DNA from: Myxococcota bacterium
Lineage (GTDB): Bacteria > Myxococcota_A > UBA9160 > UBA4427
Length of the DNA: 64,000 nucleotides
NCBI GenBank assembly: GCA_965250285.1
Contig: OZ252299.1
Coordinates: forward strand, 5,952,001 to 6,016,000
Reading direction: 5' to 3'
The notes beneath the pieces were generated by a model, which saw only the letters and a program-made list of their open reading frames with translations, had not been told where the DNA came from and did no database searches. Within the stretch, counting starts at the first letter, position 1; the number at the start of each line of letters is the position of its first letter. Both the position numbers and the translations under genes were made by a program. Shown piece by piece: positions 23,235-35,347 of the stretch.

Positions 23235-23645
23235 TCAGTCGCCGGCGTCGAACGCTCCTTCGTAGTGTGTGAGCTGCCAATCCGGTGCCTGGTCGGGGCC
23301 GCGCTCGACGACCCGCCAGGCGATCACGTCGAAGCGAACGCGCCAGCGGGCGCGACGGTGCTGCGTCAGCCATGCGCGTGCGCCGGCGACCAGGCGTCTT
23401 CGCTTGTGCCAGTCGACCGCGGCCTCGCCGCCGCCGTGCTGTGCGGAGCGGCGGGTTTTCACTTCGACGAACACGACGAGACGACTTCGCTCGGCCACGA
23501 GGTCGATCTCGACGCCGCCTGAGCGAACGTTGCGATCGGCGATGCGATACCCTCGCGCGCGCAGATGCGCCGCGGCGCGGGCTTCGCCTTCGGCACCGAG
23601 CGCGAGGTGGCGTGCGGGCTTCGCCTTGGAGTCGGATCGGGGGAT
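23235..23645 (-). CDS. yraN: YraN (UPF0102) family nuclease-like protein; start uncertain
   Basis: LGAEGE, GYRIADRN, EIDLVA, FVEVKTR and RFDVI motifs. Start is either ATC 23645 (with SD) or GTG 23738. Confidence 0.85.
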   Translation of the reverse strand: MPRSDSKAKPARHLALGAEGEARAAAHLRARGYRIADRNVRSGGVEIDLVAERSRLVVFVEVKTRRSAQHGGGEAAVDWHKRRRLVAGARAWLTQHRRARWRVRFDVIAWRVVERGPDQAPDWQLTHYEGAFDAGD

Positions 23646-23715
23646 CGTTTCAGTCCTTCCGGCCGGGTGTTCGGGCTCGGGTTCGGGGTCGGGTGCAGCC
23701 CAGGGGAGCCGACGA

Positions 23716-24603
23716 TTGACACGCGCCGAGACCGGCACCCTCTATGTCGTCGCCACGCCCATCGGCAATCTCGAAGACATCACCGTGCGCGCGGTACGCA
23801 TCCTCGGCGAGGTCGACCAGGTGCTCGCCGAGGACACGAGGCAGACCCGCAAGCTGCTCGAGCGTCACGGCATCGCGACGCGCTGCACCTCGCTGCACGC
23901 GCACAACGAGGCCTCGCGCATCGAAGGCACCCTCGCGCAGCTCGCCGAGGGGCGAAACATCGCGGTGGTGTCCGATGCCGGGACGCCCTTGATCTCCGAT
24001 CCGGGTGCGCGTCTCGTGGCGGCCGCGCGGGACGCGGGGTGTCCGGTGGTGCCGCTGCCCGGGGCTTCGGCCGTGCTCGCGGCGCTCGCCGGGTGCGGGC
24101 TTCAGATCGCCTCGTTCACGTTCATCGGCTTCCTGCCGCGCTCGGCGGGCGCACGCCGCAAGCGCCTCGAGCGCGAGCACGGGCGCCCCGAGGCGCTGGT
24201 CCTCTTCGAATCGCCGCGTCGACTGCGCGCGACCCTCGACGATCTGCGCGCGATATTCGGCGACACGCGCCGCGCCTGCGTGGCGCGCGAGTTGACGAAG
24301 CTGCACGAGGAGTTCGTGCGCGGCTCGCTCGCCGAGCTGTGTGATGCATACGAAGCGGCGCCGCGCGGCGAAGTGACCGTGGTCGTCGAAGGCACCCTCG
24401 ACGGCGCGGCGCTCGATCGGCTCGAAGGCGAGGCGCTCGACGCCGAGATCGAGCAGCGGATCGACGCGGGCGGGCGTCCGAAGGAGATCGCGGCCGAGCT
24501 GGCCGAGCGCACGGGCCTGCCGAAGCGCGAGCTGTACGCGATGGTCGTGGCCGCGCGCAGTGACGTGGACGATGAAGGCGATGTCGAAGGGGAGGTCGAC
24601 TGA
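23716..24603 (+). CDS. rsmI: 16S rRNA C1402 2'-O-methyltransferase
   Basis: LYVVATPIGNLEDIT, SDAGTPLISDPG, FESPRR and RELTKLHEE motifs; TTG after GGGGAG. Confidence 0.95.
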   Translation: MTRAETGTLYVVATPIGNLEDITVRAVRILGEVDQVLAEDTRQTRKLLERHGIATRCTSLHAHNEASRIEGTLAQLAEGRNIAVVSDAGTPLISDPGARLVAAARDAGCPVVPLPGASAVLAALAGCGLQIASFTFIGFLPRSAGARRKRLEREHGRPEALVLFESPRRLRATLDDLRAIFGDTRRACVARELTKLHEEFVRGSLAELCDAYEAAPRGEVTVVVEGTLDGAALDRLEGEALDAEIEQRIDAGGRPKEIAAELAERTGLPKRELYAMVVAARSDVDDEGDVEGEVD

Positions 24604-24607
24604 CCCG

Positions 24608-26296
24608 ATGGCCTCGCTCGCGACGCGCATTGGCCAGGTGCTTCGCACGCTGCCGCACATCCAGCCACGCCAGGCCTGGGCGCAGCTCGAACACATGCTG
24701 CGCGGGCTGCACCCGCCGCGCGATCTGCCGGGCCCGGCCCCCGAGCTCGCGGTCGAGACGACCGACGTCGCGTTTCCGCCGGCGCCGGCGCACGCACGCC
24801 TCTCGGCGGGCAGCACCGTCGAGCTGCTGAACCGTCGGCTCGACGTCTCGCGTCGGTTCGACTGGGACCACACGAAGCGCGGCCCGCTCTTCGCGTACCA
24901 CCTGCACCAGCACGACTACCTGCGGCCGCCTGGCGGCCGCGGCAGCGGCCTCGAGGCCGACCCGGCGCGCGCGCCGCGCGAGCGAGCCGAGGTCATGCTC
25001 GATTGGGCGGTGCGCCATACGCGCGGCGTCGGCTGGGATCCCCACCCGATCTCGGTGCGCGCCTTCACCTGGGCGCGCTTTCTCACGACGTACGGTGCGC
25101 TCGACATGGACGACACCGAGGCGGCGCTGCTGCGGGCGAGCCTGGCGCGCCAGATCGACGCGCTCGACCGCAACATCGAGACCCGCCTGCAGGCGAATCA
25201 CCTGCTCTCGAACCTGATGGGCGTCGTGCTCGGGGGGCTGCTGCTCGGCGGCGACGCGGCGGCGCGTTGGCGGGCGCGCGCCCACTGGCTCGAGCAGGAG
25301 CTCGACCGGCAGGTGCATGCCGACGGGGCACACGAAGAGCGGTCGCCGATGTACCACGCCCTGATCCTCGAGAACGTGCTCGATCTCGTGCACGTGCATC
25401 GCCTCTCGCAGCACGCGCTGCCGCCCTCGATCGAAGCCACGCTCGAAACCACCGCGTCGCGCATGCTCGGCGCGCACGCGGTGTGGACGCACCGCGACGG
25501 CGAGATCGCGTTGCTCTCCGACTCGGCGTTCGGCATTGCGCAGCCCCCGGCCGAGCTACACCGCTACGCGTCCGATCTGGGGATCGTGCCGACGGCGCCG
25601 GCGCGGCCCGGCGTGCTCGACGGCGCCGGCTTCGTTCGCCTCGACGCCGGCGACTGGACCGCCCTCGTCTCGGTCGCGGGGCCGTCGCCGCCGCATCAGC
25701 CCGGCCACGCCCACTGCGACGCCCTGGCCGTCGATCTCGCGCTCGGCACCGAGCGCGTGGTGTCGGATACCGGCGTCTACGAGTACGTTCCCGGCGAGCG
25801 ACGCCGGCTCGCGCGCACCACCCGCAGTCATGCGACGCTCGAGATCGAAGGGGCCGAGCAGGCCGAGATCTGGGCGCCGCACCGCATCGGCGGTCGACCG
25901 CGCGTCTCGCTCGGCGACGTGACGCCGAACCACCGCGTCGAGGCGCGCTGTGCGGGGTGGTCGACGCGGCGCCTCACGCACGTCCGGCAAGTGCAGGTCG
26001 AGTCGGACGTGGTCACGGTGCTCGACCGCGTCGAGGGCGGCGCACAGCCGACCCGGATTCGCGCGGCGTGGCCGCTCGCGCCCGGCCTCACCGTCGAGCT
26101 CGATGCGGTCGCTTGCCACGCGACCCTCACGCTCGCGAGCGGGGCGTGCGTGCGCGTGAGCCTTCCCCCGACGCTCAGCTGGCGCGTCGACGAAGCGCCG
26201 ATCTATCCCGAGTTCGGGCGCGACGAAGCCCGGCCGGTGCTCGCGGGCGAAGGCGAAGCCACCGGCGAGCTGCGCACGGTCTTCTCTAGGGTCTGA
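24608..26296 (+). CDS. Heparinase II/III family (alginate lyase-like) protein
   Basis: ANHLL, DGAHEERSPMYH, QPGHAHCDAL, DTGVYEY and RTTRSHAT motifs. Confidence 0.88.
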   Translation: MASLATRIGQVLRTLPHIQPRQAWAQLEHMLRGLHPPRDLPGPAPELAVETTDVAFPPAPAHARLSAGSTVELLNRRLDVSRRFDWDHTKRGPLFAYHLHQHDYLRPPGGRGSGLEADPARAPRERAEVMLDWAVRHTRGVGWDPHPISVRAFTWARFLTTYGALDMDDTEAALLRASLARQIDALDRNIETRLQANHLLSNLMGVVLGGLLLGGDAAARWRARAHWLEQELDRQVHADGAHEERSPMYHALILENVLDLVHVHRLSQHALPPSIEATLETTASRMLGAHAVWTHRDGEIALLSDSAFGIAQPPAELHRYASDLGIVPTAPARPGVLDGAGFVRLDAGDWTALVSVAGPSPPHQPGHAHCDALAVDLALGTERVVSDTGVYEYVPGERRRLARTTRSHATLEIEGAEQAEIWAPHRIGGRPRVSLGDVTPNHRVEARCAGWSTRRLTHVRQVQVESDVVTVLDRVEGGAQPTRIRAAWPLAPGLTVELDAVACHATLTLASGACVRVSLPPTLSWRVDEAPIYPEFGRDEARPVLAGEGEATGELRTVFSRV

Positions 26297-26536
26297 GTCT
26301 CACCGCTCGCTCGGCCTCGAACGTCTCCCGGCCGAGCGCGCCGCGCTATGACCGAAGCCTTTCGAGGCCGGGGCAGGCGGGGGTACCGCGCGCAGTTCGC
26401 AGGCGCGACGTGCGCAACATCCGAGCTTCCCAGGCAGATCGCGCCGAGAATGTCTGAGCACGGTGCCCCCGCCTGCCCCGGCCCTGCCCCGCCGGACCGT
26501 CCAGAGGTTCCGTAGCCGCCGGGCGCGCGCCGAGTG

Positions 26537-28609
<2,073 letters not shown>

Positions 28610-28771
28610 TTAAAGCCGGACCGCGAGAGAGGCGATACGAACGCTGCGGCGCTCGACCGGCTCGGAGGATGACCCGCAGGGTAACACGACCCTGGGGCCG
28701 TTCCTCGTGGTGCGTCCGCACTCGCTTCGCACCGATGCGGACGAGCAAGCGAACCGGAGGACGCCCGGCCC

Positions 28772-30202
28772 ATGGCGCAGCCGCCCCCCACGCCCGAATC
28801 GAAGTCGACCGCAGCCACGCGCCGCGTGCTGGTCGTCGACGACAGCGAGGGGATCCGCGCGTACCTGGCCGATCTGGTCGAGTCGTGGGGCTACGAGGTC
28901 GACACCGCCGAAGACGGGCAGGGCGCGCTCAGCCTGCTCGAAGCCGGTGCTTCGCCCGATCTCGTTCTGCTCGACGTCATGATGCCGCGGGTCGACGGGC
29001 TCGAAGCACTGCGGCGCATGCGCGCTCAGGAATTCACGGTGCCGGTGATCATCCTGTCGGTGGTCGGCAAGGCCGCGACCATCGTCGAGGCGATGCAGGC
29101 CGGCGCGACCGACTACATGAACAAGCCCTTCGAAGAAGACGAGCTGCGCGAGGCCGTCGAGCGCGCGATGCCCGATGCGCCGGGGCGCACGGGCGACGCC
29201 GGCACCGATGATCCGATCGGGTCGACGGTGTGGCACGGCCAGGCGATGCGCGAGATTCGCGACGTCATCGACCAGATCTCCGACACCGACGTGACGGTGT
29301 TGATTCAGGGCGAGAGCGGCACGGGCAAGGAGAACGTCGCACGCGCGGTGCACGCGCGGTCGACCCGGGCCAAGGAGCGCTTCGTCAAGGTGAACTGTGC
29401 GGCGCTGCCCGAAGGCCTGCTCGAGAGCGAGCTCTTCGGCTACGAGAAGGGCGCGTTCACCGGGGCCGGCGGACGCAAGCCCGGCAAGTTCGAGGTCGCC
29501 GACGGCGGCACGATCTTTCTCGACGAGATCGGCGAGATGAGTCCGGGCCTGCAGGCGAAGCTGCTGCAGGTGCTCCAGGAAAGCCGCTTCGCGCGGCTGG
29601 GCGGCAATGAAGAGGTCGAGGTCGACGTGCGCGTCGTATGCGCGACGCATCAGCCGCTGACCGAGATGATCGCCGACAATCGCTTCCGCGAAGATCTCTA
29701 CTTCCGGCTGAACGTCGTGAACCTGCAGCTGCCGCCGCTGCGCGAGCGCCGTGAAGAGATTCCCGCGCTCGTCGACACCTTCACGCGGCGCTATGCGCGC
29801 GCGTACCAGAAGCCGGCTGCCGCCCCGTCACCGACCCTCGTCGAGCTCTTCGACCGGTATCCGTTCCCGGGCAACGTCCGTGAGCTCGAGAACATGATCA
29901 AGCGCATGATCGTGCTCGGTGGCGAAGAGACGATCCAGGCCGAGCTGCGCCGTTTCGAATCGGGGGAGCGCAAGCGCGGGGGCGCCTTTCAGGCGCTGCT
30001 CGAAGAGATCGAGGAGACCGCGGGCGAGCTGCCGTTGCGCGAAGTCGGCCGGCGCGCGGCCCTTCAGGTCGAGCGCGAGGCGATCAGCCACGTCCTCGAC
30101 CAGACCGGCTGGAACCGCAAGCAGGCCGCGGCCCGCCTCGGCGTGTCGTACAAGACGCTGCTCCAGAAGATTCGAGAGTGTGAGCTCGAAGCCGGGGGCT
30201 GA
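28772..30202 (+). CDS. sigma54-dependent response regulator (REC-AAA-Fis HTH)
   Basis: Receiver LLDVMMP, GESGTGKE, GAFTGA and C-terminal HTH. Confidence 0.93.
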   Translation: MAQPPPTPESKSTAATRRVLVVDDSEGIRAYLADLVESWGYEVDTAEDGQGALSLLEAGASPDLVLLDVMMPRVDGLEALRRMRAQEFTVPVIILSVVGKAATIVEAMQAGATDYMNKPFEEDELREAVERAMPDAPGRTGDAGTDDPIGSTVWHGQAMREIRDVIDQISDTDVTVLIQGESGTGKENVARAVHARSTRAKERFVKVNCAALPEGLLESELFGYEKGAFTGAGGRKPGKFEVADGGTIFLDEIGEMSPGLQAKLLQVLQESRFARLGGNEEVEVDVRVVCATHQPLTEMIADNRFREDLYFRLNVVNLQLPPLRERREEIPALVDTFTRRYARAYQKPAAAPSPTLVELFDRYPFPGNVRELENMIKRMIVLGGEETIQAELRRFESGERKRGGAFQALLEEIEETAGELPLREVGRRAALQVEREAISHVLDQTGWNRKQAAARLGVSYKTLLQKIRECELEAGG

Positions 30203-30220
30203 TCCCGCGAGCGCCCACCC

Positions 30221-30229
30221 TGCTAGCTT
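30221..30229 (+). promoter_or_regulatory. Extended -10 element TGCTAGCTT upstream of the epimerase
   Basis: TGnTAnnnT match; the identical 9-mer recurs at 47628. Confidence 0.5.
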
Positions 30230-30289
30230 TCGCGCGGATTCGGATCGGTCGCCTCACGCTCGTGGGTCGATCGCGCAGGGAACCAGGTG

Positions 30290-31297
30290 ATGAAGATCCT
30301 CGTGACGGGCTCCGCCGGGTTCATCGGCGCCGCCGTCGCCGAGCGGCTGCTCGAGCGCGGTGATACGGTGATCGGCGTCGACTGCGTCAACGACTACTAC
30401 GCCGTCGAGCTCAAGCACGCTCGGCTCGATCGGCTGACGCCGCATGCCGGCTTCACGGACCTGCGTTTCGAGCTCGAGGACGACGCGCAGCTGCGCGCAG
30501 CGTTCGAGACCCACCGCCCCGACCGCGTCGTTCACATGGCTGCCCAGGCCGGCGTGCGGTACTCGCTCGAGAACCCGGCGGCGTATCTCTCGTCGAACCT
30601 GGTCGGGTTCGGCAACGTGCTCGAGGCCTGTCGCCATCACCAGGTCGAGCACCTCGTGTACGCGTCGAGCAGCTCGGTCTACGGCGCCAACGAGGCGAGC
30701 CCCTTCTCGGTGCACGACAACGTCGACCACCCGGTCAGCCTCTATGCGGCGACGAAGAAGTCGAACGAGCTGATGGCGCACGCGTACAGCCATCTCTTCG
30801 GGCTGCCGACGACGGGCCTGCGCTTCTTCACCGTCTACGGCCCCTGGGGCCGCCCCGACATGTCGCCCTTCATCTTCATTCGTCGCATCCTCGCCGGTGA
30901 GCCGCTCGACGTCTTCAACTACGGGCGGCATCGGCGCGACTTCACGTACATCGACGATATCGTCGAAGGCGTGATTCGCACGCTCGACCGCGTCGCCGAG
31001 CCGAATGCAGACTGGTCGGGCGAGTCACCCGATCCGGCGACGAGTCGGGCGCCCTGGCGCGTCTACAACATCGGCAGCAACGATCCGGTCGAGCTCCTGC
31101 GTTACATCGAGGTGTTCGAGGCCTGCCTGGGCATGGAGGCGAAGAAGAATCTCCTGCCGCTGCAGCCCGGCGACGTGATCGATACGTATGCCGACGTGCA
31201 GGCCCTCGTCGACGACGTTGGATATCGCCCTTCGACCTCGATCGAAGAAGGTGTGGCGAAGTTCGTCGAGTGGTACCGGGCGTTCTACGGGGTGTGA
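30290..31297 (+). CDS. UDP-glucuronate 4-epimerase-type NAD-dependent epimerase (CapI/Uge-like)
   Basis: TGSAGFIG, AAQAGVRYSLENP, YAATKK and RFFTVYGPWGRPDM motifs. Confidence 0.92.
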   Translation: MKILVTGSAGFIGAAVAERLLERGDTVIGVDCVNDYYAVELKHARLDRLTPHAGFTDLRFELEDDAQLRAAFETHRPDRVVHMAAQAGVRYSLENPAAYLSSNLVGFGNVLEACRHHQVEHLVYASSSSVYGANEASPFSVHDNVDHPVSLYAATKKSNELMAHAYSHLFGLPTTGLRFFTVYGPWGRPDMSPFIFIRRILAGEPLDVFNYGRHRRDFTYIDDIVEGVIRTLDRVAEPNADWSGESPDPATSRAPWRVYNIGSNDPVELLRYIEVFEACLGMEAKKNLLPLQPGDVIDTYADVQALVDDVGYRPSTSIEEGVAKFVEWYRAFYGV

Positions 31298-31370
31298 TGC
31301 GCTGCGCCCGAGGGATGCGTCGGCGGGCGCGTGCCTCGATGGATCGAACGAAGGGCGAACCTGGCGCGGG

Positions 31371-32594
31371 TCATCCCGAGCGCCCGCGACGCCTTCGCGT
31401 GCGGACGGCGAGGCCCACACCGCCGACGATGATCAGGATGACACTGGGCCAGGCCACCCAGGGGTAGCGCGCGAAGAGGATGCGGGCGGCGTACGCAAAG
31501 TGGCGCGGTCGAAGACGCTGGAACTTCTCGAGGTTGAGCTTGCGCAGCGAGTTCCAGAACAGATCGGCGGTGCGATCGTCGCTGAAGTAGTCGCCGGCGT
31601 CGGGATCTGATCGAAGCGCCAGCTCGCGAGCGAAGTCGTTCGTGCTCGATGCATCGAGCGGGCCGTACGGGCCGTTCACCCAATCAGCGCCAAACGGGAT
31701 GGCGACGATCTGCTCGATCCCCGAGGCGCCGACCCCGGCGACCACGTGCATGCCCACCGGCTCGGTGTTCGGGCCCTTGTACGAGAACAAGTGGTTGCCG
31801 GTGCCGAAGAGCACCGGGACGCCCTGGATCTCGCGGAAGCCCTTCACGAAGTGCGCGCCGCTGCACACGACGAGGTCGGCGCCGGTCTCGATCACCGATT
31901 CGACGAGTTCGATCTCGTGGGGGCTCGGGAATCGACTGAGTGATCCGAGGTGGATGAAGGCGATCCGGAGGTCAGCACCCTGGGCCGCGCGTCGCACGCG
32001 CTCCAGGTCTTCGGGTTCGATCAACAGCACGCCGGCGTCGGCAGCGTCGGAGTCGGGCTCGGTGTCGGTGTAGTGGGTCAGGGCGTAGATCGCGGTGCGG
32101 CCGGCCGGTGTATCCCACCAGTACACGGGATTCGAGGGCGTCCCGATGATCGAATGACCGCCGTTCTCGAGGTGTGCGACCTCGGCGTCGAGGGCCGCCT
32201 GACCATGGTCGAGCGCGTGATTGTTCGCGAGCGCCACGACTTCGAAGCCACCCGCATCGAGGACGGCGTCGACGAGGGCGCGGGGCTCGGGGTCGCCGGC
32301 AGGCAGGAACTCGAGGTTGACGCTCCGCAGCGAGAAGTGTGCGAGGAGCGCTGCGTCGCTCTGGGCGAATCGCTCGAGGTCGTCCGGCAAGACCTCGTTC
32401 GAGCGAAACCCGAGATCGCCCGCGAACGTCACGTACGCGAGATCGTCCCGGAGTTCAGCCGGCCCCATGAGCGCGATGGCCGTGCGATCCCCGACCGTGA
32501 ACGTCGGCCAGGGGGCTTCCTCGACTGCGGCGCGCGTCGATCCCGCTGCCCCGAGCAGCACGCACAGCGATCCCCAGAGTGCGAGCCGGCGCAT
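31371..32594 (-). CDS. CapA/PgsA-family metallophosphoesterase-like protein with signal peptide and C-terminal TM anchor
   Basis: FAGDL, VNLE, LANNHALDHG, GADLVVCSGAH and GNHLF motifs; TGATG coupling to the sulfotransferase. Confidence 0.82.
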   Translation of the reverse strand: MRRLALWGSLCVLLGAAGSTRAAVEEAPWPTFTVGDRTAIALMGPAELRDDLAYVTFAGDLGFRSNEVLPDDLERFAQSDAALLAHFSLRSVNLEFLPAGDPEPRALVDAVLDAGGFEVVALANNHALDHGQAALDAEVAHLENGGHSIIGTPSNPVYWWDTPAGRTAIYALTHYTDTEPDSDAADAGVLLIEPEDLERVRRAAQGADLRIAFIHLGSLSRFPSPHEIELVESVIETGADLVVCSGAHFVKGFREIQGVPVLFGTGNHLFSYKGPNTEPVGMHVVAGVGASGIEQIVAIPFGADWVNGPYGPLDASSTNDFARELALRSDPDAGDYFSDDRTADLFWNSLRKLNLEKFQRLRPRHFAYAARILFARYPWVAWPSVILIIVGGVGLAVRTRRRRGRSG

Positions 32595-33568
32595 CACGAC
32601 GCCGATCGAGGGGCCGGCGGATCGGTGGCGGCCTGGGAGGGCGAACGCTCGGCGCTCCAAGCCGACAAGTCGCGGTCGAGCAGCTCGCCGAGTGCCCGCA
32701 CCTCATCGACGAAGAACGCGCGAAGCTCGGCCTCGAACGCGGGCGAGAGCGCGGTGCGGCGCTGCGGCTTCCGGTTGGCCGAACGAAGTCGGCGCATCAC
32801 GCCGAGATCTTCGACGCCGATCATTCGCTTGATTGCCTGGGCCGCCTCGAAGATGGGCTCGGGCGGGCGCTGCGTGAAGTTCGAGAGCCACCTGAGTCGG
32901 TGGGTCTTGCTCTCGTTCACCGGGGCGAACTCGGCGCGGCCATCGTCGCTCACCCCGATGTGGGCGAGCGCGCGTCGGTAGGCGTCGGCCGCGTCTCGCT
33001 TGAAGTCGTCGAAGACGATCACCAGCAGCTGCTCGCGGTCGAACACGCGCAGAAACCGCTCGAGCTGCGTGCTGACGCTGGCGACCTCGGCGTACTGCAG
33101 GAAGGCTGGTTGTCGACACTTCTCGGGGATCGATCGACCCGCTCGTCGCTGGGCCTGCAGCCGCCACGCCGTCTCGAAGTCGGCCTCTGACTCGTCGTAC
33201 GTGTAGAGCAGCTGGGCGTGCAGCGAATGCACGAGCTCGACGGGGTCGCGCACCATGGCGATCAGGCGGGCGTCGGGCGCGAAGGCGTGAATCCGCTCGG
33301 CGGCGACCTGACTGAGGAGATACCAGACCGAGGCTTCGCCCCGCGCGATGTGGCCGGGTCTGGCCGGGTCGTAGAGACTCAGATAGCCGGGGAGCGAGTC
33401 GGGATCACCGACGGCGTAGTAGTCGAAGTCCCGGTTGAAGAAGTTCGGCTCTTTCGGATCGGTGACATAGACCTGTTCGTGCCCGCGCAGGTATTCGCTC
33501 AGCGCCGTCGTGCCGCACTTCGGAGCGCCGATGATGAAAAAGTTCGGCCCGGGCGGCGGCGTCGCCAT
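32594..33568 (-). CDS. PAPS-dependent sulfotransferase
   Basis: 5'-PSB motif FIIGAPKCGTTAL, KEPNFF, GEASVWY and 3'-PB motif RDPVELVHS. Confidence 0.9.
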   Translation of the reverse strand: MATPPPGPNFFIIGAPKCGTTALSEYLRGHEQVYVTDPKEPNFFNRDFDYYAVGDPDSLPGYLSLYDPARPGHIARGEASVWYLLSQVAAERIHAFAPDARLIAMVRDPVELVHSLHAQLLYTYDESEADFETAWRLQAQRRAGRSIPEKCRQPAFLQYAEVASVSTQLERFLRVFDREQLLVIVFDDFKRDAADAYRRALAHIGVSDDGRAEFAPVNESKTHRLRWLSNFTQRPPEPIFEAAQAIKRMIGVEDLGVMRRLRSANRKPQRRTALSPAFEAELRAFFVDEVRALGELLDRDLSAWSAERSPSQAATDPPAPRSAS

Positions 33569-33940
33569 GCTGCGTGTCTCCTTCGCTCCCGCGACGACGC
33601 CGGTGCCGTGCGCGGGCCGCGCACTCGACTCGACGGTCGGGCACCCGGTCGCGAGCACCGGGGTCCATGATCGGCCGTTGCGACAGCTGGCTGGACTCGG
33701 GCGCCAGGCGCAGAGTTCATTCCCGGCTCATTTTACCCGCGGGGGAACACCTTCGAACTCTGAGGGGCGGCGCAGCCTAGCAGCGCCGGGGCGCATCGTC
33801 GCGGCCCGATTCGTCCGCCACCTCGCGGGGTTGTGGTGCCACTCACGAAACCGGGCTTCACTCCCGGCGAAGCCGGTTCGAGCCGCGCACCCGTGTCCCC
33901 GAAGGCTCGAATGCGCCCGCGGAAGGTTGGAAGACAGGCC

Positions 33941-35347
33941 TTGAGACGCCCCCTCAACACGATCTACGCCGCGCTGCCGATCCCGCTGCAGAACCTGATG
34001 TGCACGGTCGACGGCTATCGCCGCTTTCGGCAACGCTTCACGTCGCGGTTTCGGCGGCGGCTGGCCGAGCTCGAGGCGTCGGTCGATCGACCCGTCGAGT
34101 GGCACTACGAGAACCAGTGGACCGAGCTGCGTTCGCTGCTCGGCCGCGCGCGCCGCCACGTGCCCTACTACAAGTTCTTGCCCGAGCCGATCGAGACGGG
34201 GGATCCGCAAGAGTCGATCCTCAAGACTCTCGGGGCGATCCCGCCGCTCGAGAAGAGCGTCTACCGGGCGCGCACGCGAGACTTCCTCGCGAGCGACGTG
34301 CCGCGTCACCGCTACACGCGACGCTTCACGAGCGGCACCACGGGCACGGCCCTCGAGATCTTCGACAGCGCCGATCGCTTCGCCGACAACTACGCGACGG
34401 TGTGGCGCCAGCGCCGGTCGTTCGGTGTCGACTTCGAAGACCCTTTCCTCGCCTTCACCGGTCAGATGGTGACGCCTCTGAAGCAGGCCCAGGCGCCCTT
34501 CTGGCGGGAGGACAGCTACTCGAAGCGCACGCTGTTCTCGATCTACCACATGTCGACCGAGCACCTGCGTTCGTACGTCCGCCCGATCCTCGATACGCAC
34601 GCGTCGTATGCCGAAGGCTATCCGTCGGCGCTGCACCTCGTGAGCCGCGCGATGCTCGAATCGGGGGAGCGTCTGCCGCCGGGCCGCCTGAAGGGCGTGT
34701 TCACGTCGTCCGAGTCGTTGCTCGCCTATCAGCGCGACGCGATCGAGGAGGCGTTCGGCGCGCCGGTGCGCGATCACTACGCGTCGACGGAGCACATCGT
34801 CGCCATGACGGCGTGCGAGGAGAACCACCTGCATGTCGACATGGAGTTCGGCATCGTCGAAGTCGAGCCCGTCGAGGAGACCGAGGACTGGGTGCGCGGG
34901 CCGCTGCTGGTCACCGGTCTCGGCTCGCCCGCTGCTCCGATGATCCGCTACCGCATCGGCGACGTCGGGACGCGCTCGAAGCGGCCGTGTCCGTGTGGGC
35001 GACCGGGCGAGGTCTTCCTTGACATCGACGGCCGCATCGAAGACTACGTGGTCACACCTTCGGGTCGCATGGTGGGGCGTCTCGACCATGTGTTCAAAGG
35101 TCGCTTCGACATCGCCGAGGCCCAGATCGTGCAGGACGACGACTACGCGCTCTCGGTCAACGTCGTGCCGGCGCCCGAGTTCAACGACCAGAGCGTGCGT
35201 CTGCTGGTTCGATCGTTGCGCGACCGTCTGGGCGAAGAGATGCCGGTGGGCGTCGACGTCGTCGACAGCATTCCCCGCGAACAGAACGGCAAGTTCCGGG
35301 CGGTGAAGTCGAGCATCGGTTCGCGCTTCGGTGAGAACCCGGCGTGA
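33941..35347 (+). CDS. CapK/phenylacetate-CoA ligase-like adenylate-forming enzyme
   Basis: TSGTTG P-loop, GYPS, YASTE, PMIRYRIGD and NGKFR motifs. TTG start estimated. Confidence 0.85.
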   Translation: MRRPLNTIYAALPIPLQNLMCTVDGYRRFRQRFTSRFRRRLAELEASVDRPVEWHYENQWTELRSLLGRARRHVPYYKFLPEPIETGDPQESILKTLGAIPPLEKSVYRARTRDFLASDVPRHRYTRRFTSGTTGTALEIFDSADRFADNYATVWRQRRSFGVDFEDPFLAFTGQMVTPLKQAQAPFWREDSYSKRTLFSIYHMSTEHLRSYVRPILDTHASYAEGYPSALHLVSRAMLESGERLPPGRLKGVFTSSESLLAYQRDAIEEAFGAPVRDHYASTEHIVAMTACEENHLHVDMEFGIVEVEPVEETEDWVRGPLLVTGLGSPAAPMIRYRIGDVGTRSKRPCPCGRPGEVFLDIDGRIEDYVVTPSGRMVGRLDHVFKGRFDIAEAQIVQDDDYALSVNVVPAPEFNDQSVRLLVRSLRDRLGEEMPVGVDVVDSIPREQNGKFRAVKSSIGSRFGENPA

